From the IMG/VR virus record IMGVR_UViG_3300025751_003710: DNA of 64,000 nucleotides; one strand, 5' to 3'. The translations under genes and the position numbers were made by a program. Origin of the DNA: an uncultured virus (IMG/VR IMGVR_UViG_3300025751_003710) (Duplodnaviria; Heunggongvirae; Uroviricota; Caudoviricetes). This document shows, piece after piece, positions 56,101 to 64,000 of this stretch. Within the stretch, counting starts at the first letter, position 1, and every line of letters starts with the position of its first letter. The notes beneath the pieces were generated by a model. That model saw only the letters and a program-made list of their open reading frames with translations, ran no database searches and was not told where the DNA came from.

Positions 56101-57294
56101 ACTGTAGTATCAATTGCAGACACATCGCAATTTGTAGTATATGATAATGTTGCTGTTGCTGGAGTCCAAACTGGATATATGCTAATTAATAACGAAATTA
56201 TATCATATAATCAAGTTAATTCTGGATCTCTGCAAATTAATCAAAGAGGTGTTCATGGATCTACAATAAGAAACCATGGTGTTAATGATATGGTATACAA
56301 ATATGAATGTGCTGGAGTAGGACTAACTAGAATTAATACCAAACATCAAAAATCATCCTCCCAATATTTAAATTCTTTAGAAACTACTGATAGCTTCTTC
56401 ATAGAATATCCACGTGCAGATAGAACAGTATCAAATTTTGTTGAAGGAAAAACTTTTGGTGGATCAAATTGTAAATCTACACAAAATTATCAATTTAATT
56501 CAATTATTCCAAGTTTCAATTTCTTAACTCCACCCAAAACTTCTATTAATAGTTCTATCCGAACTATTACTGGAACTAGCTCTAATGGAACAGAAACTTC
56601 ATTTAATGACAAAGGTTTGGAACCAATAGCACTTAATGCAAAAAATGATTTTGATTCAACTAGATTAGTTGCATCTAGAATGAATGAACTGGAATATTTA
56701 CAACAAATGCCCAGATATAAATCATTGATTCTTTCTATATCAATGACAAGTAAAAATAATAATGTTTCTCCAGTTATTGATTTGGCGAATGGTGCTTCAT
56801 TCTCACTGATTAGAAATAGATTAAATTCACCGATTTCTGATTACGCTTCTGATAATAGATCAAATGAGTTGTCAAATGATCCACATGCATCGGTTTACAT
56901 TTCCAACCAAATAAACTTATTAAAACCAGCAACTTCATTGAAAGTTTTAACAAATTGCTACAATTCACCAAATAGTGATTTTAGAGTATTATTCAAACTA
57001 ATTAGACCAGATTCTAATGGTGTTGAACAATCTTATGAATTATTCCCTGGTTATAGTAATTTAAAAGATGTAAATGGAGATGGTGTGGGTGATATTGTAA
57101 TAGATACTCTCTTAAATGATGGTTCTTCCGATTTCTTTGTTGGATCATCTGCTGAAGGTGAATACTCTGAATATGAATTTACTGCTAACAATTTGGGTGA
57201 GTTTGTTGGATTTAGTATAAAAATTGTTATGAGTGGATTTAATGAAGCAACACCATTGAAATTTAAAGATATTAGAGCAGTTGCATTAGCATAA
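50197..57294 (+). CDS. Large virion structural protein (VrlC-like)
   Basis: NLNVSPYFDDF, FKPGYPVQARELT, APGADR, DFRP, RYTMKDIG. Confidence 0.8.
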   Translation: MAKTNLNVSPYFDDFDAEKNYYKVLFKPGYPVQARELTTLQSILQEQVSSLGKSIFKDGSVVVPGEVSYDPNYYAVKINPIHLGLDVELYYKELIGKKIIGDVSQVTAVVQNVLSRVDSTENVTTLYVKYTNSNSSFQNTSFVDGETLTIVDSIQYGNTVITGGNTIGSLIDANSVKIGSAVSISPGIYFIRGLFVKVSQDTIILDQYTNTPSYRVGLSITENFVTSFDDNSLYDNAKGFTNYSAPGADRFNLTTKLSKQGLQDFNDTNFIEILRITNGVVKKVKDTSDYSLIKDYLAKRTFEQTGHFTVSPFSVDVVDSLNNLTDLSGLYKRSERTDQNNIPREDLLCVKVSSGKAYVSGNEIEKSATNVLDIRKARSTNTVSLSPVQFEMGSLIVTNNVSGCPAIGLNNSYTIDLFDSRKSNNTAGTGTTIGKARVYSFSASDSSYVNNSSRWNLYLYDIQTYTKLTLNTELPSEVSEGSRVRGLRSGSSGFISENPYNTNVLYVYQTSGTFLVNEELEFNENKNIKRSITDVKIYSGKDIKSVYQNSSSLSLSGLSTDFSADVFLNKNIAPNFNVSDSIIITPESSGISTITSPGKLFDGIKVGSIVRYQKVGFATEFFNKVESISTDKLEMTVSAVPNVDDVCLGSLHSGSENLKTLFTIGESTIQNKENSNLYSPLKNKNVSSVNLSSSTLTIVKQATGKTTSSTGTLALTVDNFNLADATFEPYSVGRYSLFYNDGTIETLTAGKLEITNSGQELTLYGLKSDENDVTVVVTLKKTVVRNKSKIYKKSEKIVIDKTSLGISDGISGLSTSKYYGVRVEDQDISLNVPDVSEVIAIYESTNSSEAILDKLSFSASSISGAIVGERIVGSISEAVGQIVSINTTDITFVYLNSNRFTPSDVVSFSESNISSPISSLTPGAYIDRTDDFILDKGQKSQYYDYSKIVRSSGTVVPAKKLTVIYNAYSVSEADSGDFYTASSYNTSNFKNSVPSLNNNSRASDVLDFRPRVSTFNSTITSPFNFDTRNFATSLANPQIVVAPNESSVVSYQYYVPRIDRLVLNKGGNFQLIVGSGSPNPQPPTEISDAMNIATLEIPAYVYDVNDIKISLIENKRYTMKDIGSLEERIENLEKFATLSLLELDVKSLQVIDDDGLGLSKFKCGFFADSFVDTSSIDFKNQDTRASIDGSNGELTTDLSIHTLKSQILPSNSINLETADYSTDIDLLDPNIKKTGDLITLNYSEKLWEDISQEFATTEENLNPHGLSNFNGKVALFPSTDLWVKTINNKKGNIIRSQSLWDNSYISNLYLSSENSNKMRSRNVQFSASDLVPLSRYTSSLDGSSSVDIIPKLLKINMISGIFTVGETIEGYVGDKKVFSSRICEPNHKNGLFSAPSETYAVNPYQSTEILTDYAQSTSVLNIDTYSLADNADGRFYGYVFEGMRIIGKTSGAQCDVTSQDLITDNVGDLIGCFYVRNPFTTLTPSTLFNVSDKTFRLQTDSTSTQTSSISLRSYFCESSLYLSDNPKSSNISLLRRPVSTRSVLETGKSYLSQTFKVDNEGGFLTSLDLFFSKKDDTEKVTVEIREVDLGGRPTAKILQDFSVAQILPANITTSTDGSVATNVKFRSPVYLEPNKQYSLTLFSASSSSYSVWTATSNESTVATQNFPNSQQIIYSNQFVGGNLYKPQNGAIATASLLQDLKFRLYKAQFVESGTAFFANPLLSNSNSNEEYDANIDNLVSNPITSFPKKQVIGITTSYLDSEFYHYGRKVIFGSVSNDVHGFIEQSGGKISGITTNSVGAGYSNGTYSNAELYTINGFGPEVNNVTANLTFANNQLSSVTIIDGGSGYSVGDLLGIKTTTNPSGSGAIVGVSSINGVDTLLLTNINANNSILLGYGLSVLDDADNVVSLAGTSVIKDPRNLSDLYSGNVFKVDNYSHGMHSTNNYVKISGVFPDTVPSQLTANITADSTVVSIADTSQFVVYDNVAVAGVQTGYMLINNEIISYNQVNSGSLQINQRGVHGSTIRNHGVNDMVYKYECAGVGLTRINTKHQKSSSQYLNSLETTDSFFIEYPRADRTVSNFVEGKTFGGSNCKSTQNYQFNSIIPSFNFLTPPKTSINSSIRTITGTSSNGTETSFNDKGLEPIALNAKNDFDSTRLVASRMNELEYLQQMPRYKSLILSISMTSKNNNVSPVIDLANGASFSLIRNRLNSPISDYASDNRSNELSNDPHASVYISNQINLLKPATSLKVLTNCYNSPNSDFRVLFKLIRPDSNGVEQSYELFPGYSNLKDVNGDGVGDIVIDTLLNDGSSDFFVGSSAEGEYSEYEFTANNLGEFVGFSIKIVMSGFNEATPLKFKDIRAVALA

Positions 57295-57485
57295 TGATAC
57301 CAATAGAAGGACATAAAGATCTTTATAGAGACGAAAATTCTGGAGCAATTATTAATAATAATACTTCAGAATATAACTCCTATATGAAATTGAAAAAGCA
57401 AAAGCAAAATGAAAAAAATGAATTAGATTCATTAAGATCTGAATTAAATGAAATTAAAACACTATTAAAGGAGTTTTTAAAATGA
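57294..57485 (+). CDS. Small hypothetical protein
   Basis: EGHKDLYRD..SGAIIN, C-terminal coiled coil. Confidence 0.75.
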   Translation: MIPIEGHKDLYRDENSGAIINNNTSEYNSYMKLKKQKQNEKNELDSLRSELNEIKTLLKEFLK

Positions 57486-57661
57486 ATCCTGAAGAAATAA
57501 AACTCGATAATCTGAGTAAATCGTTTGAATATCACAAATTATCTTCAGAAATAGAATCATGTGATTGCATCAATACATTGAAAGATATTGCAAAATCTTA
57601 TGCCAAGTTGTATTTAAAACAGCAAGAAGTTTTATCATCATGGCCTTCTAATCCAATATAA
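57482..57661 (+). CDS. Small helical hypothetical protein (59 aa)
   Basis: Manually translated MNPEEIKLDNLSKSFEY...; AAGGAG RBS, ATGA overlap. Confidence 0.65.
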   Translation: MNPEEIKLDNLSKSFEYHKLSSEIESCDCINTLKDIAKSYAKLYLKQQEVLSSWPSNPI

Positions 57662-57694
57662 ATATTTTTAAGATATTGGTATAAACCTAATCTA

Positions 57695-58033
57695 ATGGCA
57701 TCAATATACGTAAGTAATTTAGTTATTAATGCAGGAGCAACATTTACTCAAGACTTTTTTCTTGAAGATGCTGCTTCAAATTCTGCATTAGATCTATCTA
57801 CAGCAACGATAGAATCTCAAATGCGAAAATGGGCTGGTAGTGCAACTTCTACAACATTTACAACATCTGTTGTTGATGCATCAACTGGTCAACTGAGACT
57901 TACTTTACCAGCGTCTTCAACATCTTCTTTAAAATCTGGAAGATATGTATATGATGTTCTATTAACCAATAACGGAGAAACAACACGTGTTGTTGAGGGA
58001 ATGGTTTTGGTTAGAGAAGGTGTTACTAGATAG
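57695..58033 (+). CDS. Small virion protein (Ig-like beta fold)
   Basis: NLVINAGATF, GRYVYDV, RVVEG...GVTR. Confidence 0.7.
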   Translation: MASIYVSNLVINAGATFTQDFFLEDAASNSALDLSTATIESQMRKWAGSATSTTFTTSVVDASTGQLRLTLPASSTSSLKSGRYVYDVLLTNNGETTRVVEGMVLVREGVTR

Positions 58034-58044
58034 GGAGAAAATCA

Positions 58045-58890
58045 ATGGCAAAACCCGCTACAAGACAAGAATTGATTGATTATTGTTTACGACAATTGGG
58101 TGCTCCTGTATTAGAAATAAATGTCGCTGATGATCAAATTGATGATTTAGTTGATGATGCTCTACAATATTTTCATGAACGTCATTTTGATGGTGTTGAA
58201 AGAATGTTTTTAAAATATCAACTTACTCAAGATGATATTGACAGATCAAAAGCAACATCAAAACCACCAGTTGGTCCAGGTATTACTACTACAACAGCAT
58301 CTGCTACCATAAACGGTGAAGCAAAAACATTCAATTTTTACGAATCATCAAACTTTTTACAGGTTCCCGATTCAGTAGTTGGGGTTGAAAAAATATTTAA
58401 ATTTAATGCCAGTACAATATCATCTGGTATGTTTAGTATTAAGTATCAACTATTTCTAAACGATTTATATTATTTTAATTCTATTGATTTACTTCAATAT
58501 TCTATGGTTAAATCTTATTTGGAAGATATCGATTATTTGTTAACTCCAGATAAGCAAATTAGATTTAATAAGCGCCAGAATAGATTATATATGGATTTTG
58601 ATATTAAATCTGCTGGTGTTGGAGATTTTCTGGTTATAGATTGTTATAGAATATTAGATCCTACAGATTTTACAAGTGTTTATAATGATAGTTTCTTAAA
58701 GCGTTATCTCACCGCTTTGATTAAAAGACAATGGGGACAAAATTTAATTAAATTCAGAGGAGTAAAACTTCCTGGTGGAATTGAATTAAATGGTAGAGAA
58801 CTCTATGAAGATGCTCAAAGAGAACTTGATGATATAAAGCAAAGTATGTCTACAGATTATGAATTACCACCCCTTGACTTTATCGGATAA
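58045..58890 (+). CDS. gp13: Neck protein gp13
   Basis: YCLRQLGAPVLEINV, QWGQNL.KF....PGGI.LNG. Confidence 0.92.
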   Translation: MAKPATRQELIDYCLRQLGAPVLEINVADDQIDDLVDDALQYFHERHFDGVERMFLKYQLTQDDIDRSKATSKPPVGPGITTTTASATINGEAKTFNFYESSNFLQVPDSVVGVEKIFKFNASTISSGMFSIKYQLFLNDLYYFNSIDLLQYSMVKSYLEDIDYLLTPDKQIRFNKRQNRLYMDFDIKSAGVGDFLVIDCYRILDPTDFTSVYNDSFLKRYLTALIKRQWGQNLIKFRGVKLPGGIELNGRELYEDAQRELDDIKQSMSTDYELPPLDFIG

Positions 58891-60284
58891 TGGCACTAAA
58901 CCCGTTTTTTCTCCAAGGATCACCTGGAGAGCAAAGATTAGTACAAGAAATTATAAATGAACACCTAAAAATTTATGGTGTTGAAGTTCTTTACATACCA
59001 AGAAAATTTGTAAGGAGAGACACTATTTTAAACGAAGTTACAACTTCCAGATTTGATGATAATTTTACAATAGAAGCATATATTAATAATTTTGATGGAT
59101 ATAGTGGTGCTGGTGATATAATGACAAAGTTTGGAATGAGTTTGCGTGATGAATTAACGTTGACCATTTCACAAGAAAGATTTCAAGATTTTGTTGTCCC
59201 ATTTCTTGATGGAATGGATGAAGATGAGATAACAATTTCTTCAAGACCTAGAGAAGGTGATGTTATATACTTCCCACTTGGTAAAAGATTATTTGAAGTA
59301 AAATTTGTTGAGCATGAACAACCATTTTATCAATTAGGAAAAAATTATGTTTATGAATTAAAATGTGAACTCTTTGAGTTTGAAGATGAGATTGGAGGAT
59401 TTTCCGATATTACCGCTGTTGCAGCGGAGATGGATACTGTACTGGAGAATCAAGGATACATTACAACTCTGGAATTGTTTGCTTTTGGAGCATCTGCAAC
59501 TGGAACTGCATCAACTGTTACAAATTATGTAAGAAGAATCATTTTAAATAATGATGGAAGTGGATACAATGGTATACCAACAGTTTCAATTTCAACTGCA
59601 CCATCTGGTGGAATAAATGCGACAGCTGTTGCAATAACTACCAATATTGGTGATGCATATTCCGTACAAGAGATATTACTCACAAATCCAGGAGCTGGAT
59701 ATACTGTAGCACCTACAGTGACAATTCATCCAACCAATGGTGGTGTTGGTGCCGCTGCAACGGCTGAAATAATAACTACATCTTATGGAATAGGACCTAT
59801 AGGAATAACAACCGCAGGAGAGGGATACGCTACAAATCCAATCGTTACTATCAGTGGTCCTGGAGTTGGTGTTACTGCTACAGCAATATCAAGAATTGGA
59901 ACTGGAAATAGCGTTACTGAAATATTAATCAGAGATGCTGGTTATGGATACACTGAAGATCCATCTATAGATATTGCGGATCCACCATTAATAACAGGAA
60001 TTGGAACATATTCTTTCAATGAGACTGTTAGAGGACAAGCATCTCAAACAACATCAAGAGTTAAAAAGTGGGATAAAGATACAAATATCTTAACTGTAGG
60101 TGTTATTGATGGTGAATTTATACTTGGAGAAGTTATTGTTGGAACAGCATCCAGTGCAACGTATGCACTCAAAAAAGTCTCTTCTTCAGAGTTTATAGAT
60201 AAATATGAACAAAATGAAGATCTAGAAACTGAAGCAGATCAAATTCTTGATTTTACAGAGAAAAATCCATTCGGTAATTACTAA
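58890..60284 (+). CDS. gp14: Neck protein gp14
   Basis: YIPR, KFG, RPREGDVIYFP, FEVKFVE, PFYQLG, DFTEKNPFG. Confidence 0.92.
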   Translation: MALNPFFLQGSPGEQRLVQEIINEHLKIYGVEVLYIPRKFVRRDTILNEVTTSRFDDNFTIEAYINNFDGYSGAGDIMTKFGMSLRDELTLTISQERFQDFVVPFLDGMDEDEITISSRPREGDVIYFPLGKRLFEVKFVEHEQPFYQLGKNYVYELKCELFEFEDEIGGFSDITAVAAEMDTVLENQGYITTLELFAFGASATGTASTVTNYVRRIILNNDGSGYNGIPTVSISTAPSGGINATAVAITTNIGDAYSVQEILLTNPGAGYTVAPTVTIHPTNGGVGAAATAEIITTSYGIGPIGITTAGEGYATNPIVTISGPGVGVTATAISRIGTGNSVTEILIRDAGYGYTEDPSIDIADPPLITGIGTYSFNETVRGQASQTTSRVKKWDKDTNILTVGVIDGEFILGEVIVGTASSATYALKKVSSSEFIDKYEQNEDLETEADQILDFTEKNPFGNY

Positions 60285-61081
60285 TGTTAGGAACTTATTA
60301 CTATCACGAAATTATAAGGAAAACTATAGTTTCGTTCGGTACATTATTCAATTCAATTGAAATAAAACATAAAGATGCTGATGGAGATACCTACAGTGAA
60401 ATGAGAGTTCCATTGTCTTATGGTCCTTCACAAAAGTTTTTAGCAAGATTAGACCAGCAAGGTGATTTAAATAAACCAGTTCAAATTACTTTACCGAGAA
60501 TGTCATTTGAAATGAATTCTCTTCAATATGATGGTACTAGAAAAACTAGTTTGGTACAATCTTTTAAAGCAAGTGATGGCAACAATTTGAAAAAAGTTTT
60601 CATGCCTGTACCTTATAATGTCGGATTTGAACTAAATATTTTTTCAAAATTAAATGATGATGCTTTACAAATAGTTGAACAAATATTGCCAATGTTCCAA
60701 CCATCATTTACCATGACACTTGATTTGGTTGATTCTATTGGTGAGAAAAGAGATGTACCAATAGTTTTAGGTGGAGTTTCATTCCAAGATGACTATGAAG
60801 GAGATTTTTCTACAAGAAGAGCTTTAATATATACACTACAATTTACCGCAAAAACATATCTCTTCGGTCCTGTTCCTGAAACCAGCGATGGTCTTATCCG
60901 CAAAGTTCAAGTCGATACTCATTCTTCAACCGATGTTTCATCAGCAAAACGTGAAATGAGATATACGGTTACACCAGATCCAATAAATGCTGGTCCAGAT
61001 GATGATTTTGGATTTGATGGTGGATGGGAATCATTTGATAATTCCAAAGAGTTTAGTCCAACACAGAAAGTTGATATTTGA
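60284..61081 (+). CDS. gp15: Tail sheath stabiliser / completion protein gp15
   Basis: FGTLFN, VPLSYGP, LPRMSFE, PVPY, QIVEQILP.FQP. Confidence 0.92.
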   Translation: MLGTYYYHEIIRKTIVSFGTLFNSIEIKHKDADGDTYSEMRVPLSYGPSQKFLARLDQQGDLNKPVQITLPRMSFEMNSLQYDGTRKTSLVQSFKASDGNNLKKVFMPVPYNVGFELNIFSKLNDDALQIVEQILPMFQPSFTMTLDLVDSIGEKRDVPIVLGGVSFQDDYEGDFSTRRALIYTLQFTAKTYLFGPVPETSDGLIRKVQVDTHSSTDVSSAKREMRYTVTPDPINAGPDDDFGFDGGWESFDNSKEFSPTQKVDI

Positions 61082-61086
61082 GTAAT

Positions 61087-61542
61087 ATGAAAGATAATTA
61101 TGAAAAGTTAAATAATGCTTTAAATATTTCTTCAGAATCTATTGATAATACTTCAATTGAAAAATCCGAAGTTACTGAAATTGTAGAGTCTAATAAAAAA
61201 GAATCTAAAAATGATGTACAGAAGGATTATGAATATACACGTGCCAATTTATACTCATTAATAGAAAAAGGGCAAGAAGCTATTAATGGAATAATGGAAG
61301 TTGCTGAAGAAGGATCTAGCCCTAGAGCATATGAAGTTGCTGGTCAATTAATAAAGAGTGTTGCCGATACAACTGATAAATTGATAGATCTGCAGAAAAA
61401 ACTAAAAGATGTTGAAGATGAAACTGTAAAGACAACAAATAATGTTACAAACAATGCTGTTTTTGTTGGTTCCACTTCAGAATTACAAAAAATGTTAAAA
61501 CAAGGATTCCTAAATAATAATAAGTCAGATTCCGTCAGTTAA
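61087..61542 (+). CDS. gp16: Terminase small subunit gp16
   Basis: DYEYTR.NL, PRAYEV, FVGSTSEL. Confidence 0.9.
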   Translation: MKDNYEKLNNALNISSESIDNTSIEKSEVTEIVESNKKESKNDVQKDYEYTRANLYSLIEKGQEAINGIMEVAEEGSSPRAYEVAGQLIKSVADTTDKLIDLQKKLKDVEDETVKTTNNVTNNAVFVGSTSELQKMLKQGFLNNNKSDSVS

Positions 61543-61561
61543 TAAACTGTAAGTTAGAAAC

Positions 61562-62905
61562 ATGAGTGAAGGAAAAGATCACGAATACTCTATGGCTAGG
61601 TCGCAGTTAAAGACTGTTACTAATGCAGCCAAACGTCTTCAAAAAAAGATGGGTAAGAAAGGTGAAGGGCAGCTCAAAGCATGGGTTCAATCTAAGATTA
61701 CAAAGGCAGCAGATTACATTGACACCGCTGCAGATTATGTAACCAATGAGGAGACTTGCCCAATTTGTGCTTGTGATCCATGCCAATGTTTGGAAGGAAC
61801 TATAACTGAGGAAGATGTGAATGAATCAAAAAGTGGTGATAGTTCTTTGCGTGACTGGTTTAGCAAGAGTCGCTCTTCTGATGGCACCCCTGGTTGGGTT
61901 CAGTTGGGTGGCAAATATGCAGGAAAGCCATGTGCCCGCCAACCAGGTCAAACCACTAAACCAAAATGCGGTTCTTCAAAAATGAAGAGAAATCTTGATA
62001 AGGATGAGGAAAAGGCAGCATTTCGCCGCAAGCAACGTCAAGATCCAAATCCTGATAGAAAAGGTAAGGCAATTAACGTAAAAACCGAGGAAGTTATGGC
62101 AGAAAAGAAAGGTGAAAAGGATGCCTGTTACCACAAGGTTAAGTCTCGGTATTCTGTTTGGCCTTCAGCATATGCTTCTGGCGCATTAGTTAAATGTCGC
62201 AAAGTTGGTGCTAAAAATTGGGGTAATAAATCTAAAAATGAATCGTATGATTTTTATAATTGGAGAGATGATTTTAAAGCATTAGAATTTGAAACCATTG
62301 ATTTAATTAAACCAGAACCTCTTCAACCATCACAATCAGTAATTGATGAAGCAGGTAAAAAGTGCTGGAAAGGTTATAAGAAAGCAGGAACACAAAAATT
62401 ATTTGGTAAAACATATAATCGTTGCGTAAAAGCAAATGAAGAAAAAGAACATAATATAGGTGGCGGTAATCTTAAAAAACTTGTAGGAAAAGCAGTAAAG
62501 CGAATTGATGCCGATGTTGATGGTGATGTAGATACTGATGATATGAAAGCATCGGAAATGGGTGAATTCATCCCATCACCATCTGGTAAAAAAAGAATAA
62601 AGACTAAAGCAAGATTTGAAGAGTTTTCTAATTGGAGACAAGACCTTGGTGAAGATTGGCAAAAAGTCAATAAAGGTGATAAGACTGACGGTATGAGTCA
62701 GAAAGCAGTTAATGCTTACAAGCGTGAGAACCCAGGTTCTAAACTTAAGACTGCTGTAACTGAGAAGAACCCTGGTGGTAAGAGAGCAAAAAGACGTAAG
62801 TCCTTCTGCGCTCGCTCCAACGGTCAGAGAAAGATGCACAACATCGATTGCTCCAAGACCCCAGATAAAGCAATTTGTAAAGCACGTAAACGCTGGAGAT
62901 GCTGA
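61562..62905 (+). CDS. Modular Lys/Cys-rich protein, probable internal head protein
   Basis: Several short basic Cys-containing modules separated by Glu-rich linkers; late promoter upstream. Confidence 0.6.
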   Translation: MSEGKDHEYSMARSQLKTVTNAAKRLQKKMGKKGEGQLKAWVQSKITKAADYIDTAADYVTNEETCPICACDPCQCLEGTITEEDVNESKSGDSSLRDWFSKSRSSDGTPGWVQLGGKYAGKPCARQPGQTTKPKCGSSKMKRNLDKDEEKAAFRRKQRQDPNPDRKGKAINVKTEEVMAEKKGEKDACYHKVKSRYSVWPSAYASGALVKCRKVGAKNWGNKSKNESYDFYNWRDDFKALEFETIDLIKPEPLQPSQSVIDEAGKKCWKGYKKAGTQKLFGKTYNRCVKANEEKEHNIGGGNLKKLVGKAVKRIDADVDGDVDTDDMKASEMGEFIPSPSGKKRIKTKARFEEFSNWRQDLGEDWQKVNKGDKTDGMSQKAVNAYKRENPGSKLKTAVTEKNPGGKRAKRRKSFCARSNGQRKMHNIDCSKTPDKAICKARKRWRC

Positions 62906-63216
62906 TGAAAAGTTTTCAACAATTTTTAAAAGAAAGTATCACCATCAATGGTGATTTCAACGGAACTCTAAACGTAGGTGGTTCCCAACCAGAGCAACAG
63001 CAGGAAGAATCATTCTCTGCTGATATTGTTTGGGAAGGTAAAATCTACCGCCTTGAAGTTGATGGTCCGATGATGAGCAAGAGTGAACTTGCCGAGCATC
63101 TTCTAAGTCAATATCCTGGAGCAATTATTCAGAACATTTATCCAGGAAGTTATTCACCATCAAAAATTAAAAGCGCACAAAGGTATAGACCAGAAAGATT
63201 AAGTTGGAGTGACTAA
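62905..63216 (+). CDS. Probable internal head protein with capsid-targeting-like N-terminus
   Basis: MKSFQQFLKE resembles the T4 internal-protein targeting sequence MKTYQEFIAE. Confidence 0.55.
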   Translation: MKSFQQFLKESITINGDFNGTLNVGGSQPEQQQEESFSADIVWEGKIYRLEVDGPMMSKSELAEHLLSQYPGAIIQNIYPGSYSPSKIKSAQRYRPERLSWSD

Positions 63217-64000
63217 TGGCTCAGTGGAATAAAAATACACAAGACTATCTCAATCAAGAGAGAAGTCTATTTGAAGTCTATATGTGTGCCGACAAGTATG
63301 GCAACATTGGTGCTTGTGGTGGTGATACTCAGTTTGATTTGAATATTGCTGCAGGTATTACCACCCAGATGGCAAATGTTCATAAGTTTGGTGCAGTAGT
63401 TACAACATCAGCAACTTATGATACCGTTTGGTCTTATGGTGGTGCTTACACATTTCCATCCTCCGCAGGAATTGTTACTGTAACTTCCAGTTCTGCTCAG
63501 GATGATTCTGGCGGAACGGGAGCACTTACAGTTAGACTTCAAGGTCTTGATGCGAACTATAATGAAGTAGAAGAAGATTTTACTCTTAATGGAACTGTCG
63601 GTGTTGCTGGAACGGTAGAATTTTTAAGAACTCATAGAGCATTTGTTCTTACTGGTAACAATGACAATAATAACGTAGGTGCTATTAACTTCACTCATAG
63701 TGTTGGAGTTACTTGTCAGATTGCAGCGGGAATGGGTCAATCTCAAGTTACTTTCTATACCATTCCAGCAGGTAAGAGTGGATACTTAAGGGCATTTGCC
63801 GCAACCATGAATAAAAATCAAGAGAATACTGTTAGATTATTCCAGAAAAAACCAGATGGTGGTGTATCCAGACTCGCTAGCGAATTGAATCTATATAATA
63901 GTAATATGCACACTACTTTCAGTATTCCACTTTACTTCACCGAAAAAACAGATCTTGAAGTAAGGACATATACTGGTAGTAATGCAACTGTCTCATCAAT
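63216..64000 (+). CDS. Hypothetical (probably virion) protein, 3' truncated
   Basis: ATG overlapping the previous stop; MAQWNKNTQDYLNQERSLFEV...; appears open to the window end. Confidence 0.7.
   Translation, partial: MAQWNKNTQDYLNQERSLFEVYMCADKYGNIGACGGDTQFDLNIAAGITTQMANVHKFGAVVTTSATYDTVWSYGGAYTFPSSAGIVTVTSSSAQDDSGGTGALTVRLQGLDANYNEVEEDFTLNGTVGVAGTVEFLRTHRAFVLTGNNDNNNVGAINFTHSVGVTCQIAAGMGQSQVTFYTIPAGKSGYLRAFAATMNKNQENTVRLFQKKPDGGVSRLASELNLYNSNMHTTFSIPLYFTEKTDLEVRTYTGSNATVSS

Noticed and set aside
34569..57294. Inteins, introns or diversity-generating retroelement in the giant structural genes
   Set aside because: No intein splice motifs, frame breaks, reverse transcriptase or template/variable repeat pair noticed by eye; a computational self-alignment would be needed to exclude them fully.

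Overview
This window is from a large, AT-rich T4-like cyanomyovirus (Kyanoviridae-type). The assignment rests on CP12, gp25/gp6/gp7/gp8 baseplate genes, gp13/14/15 neck genes, gp16, tRNA-Leu(UAA) and TAAATA late promoters. Layout: (1) 1-2544, 3' part of a tail-fibre-like gene. (2) 2.7-7.0 kb, a restriction-modification-like operon: a GIY-YIG-like nuclease/SF2 helicase fusion, two paralogous NPP(F/Y) methyltransferase/specificity proteins sharing a ~150-bp direct repeat, and a separate small protein carrying only the SAM-binding motifs. A second SF2 helicase follows. (3) 8-30 kb, an accessory/early region of many small ORFs and auxiliary genes (2OG-Fe(II) oxygenases, HNH, RmlB-like dehydratase, cupin, CP12). 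It is punctuated by about 12 copies of a dyad motif at a near-fixed distance upstream of -10 boxes. It also contains a late-promoter island (glycine-rich adhesin plus two Cys-rich proteins), a GIY-YIG homing endonuclease, an origin-like non-coding segment with CTCGTCGAGAT repeats, a tRNA and a GC-rich gene cluster. (4) 30-64 kb, the structural module, ending in probable internal head proteins. All calls come from manual motif reading; no database searches were run.
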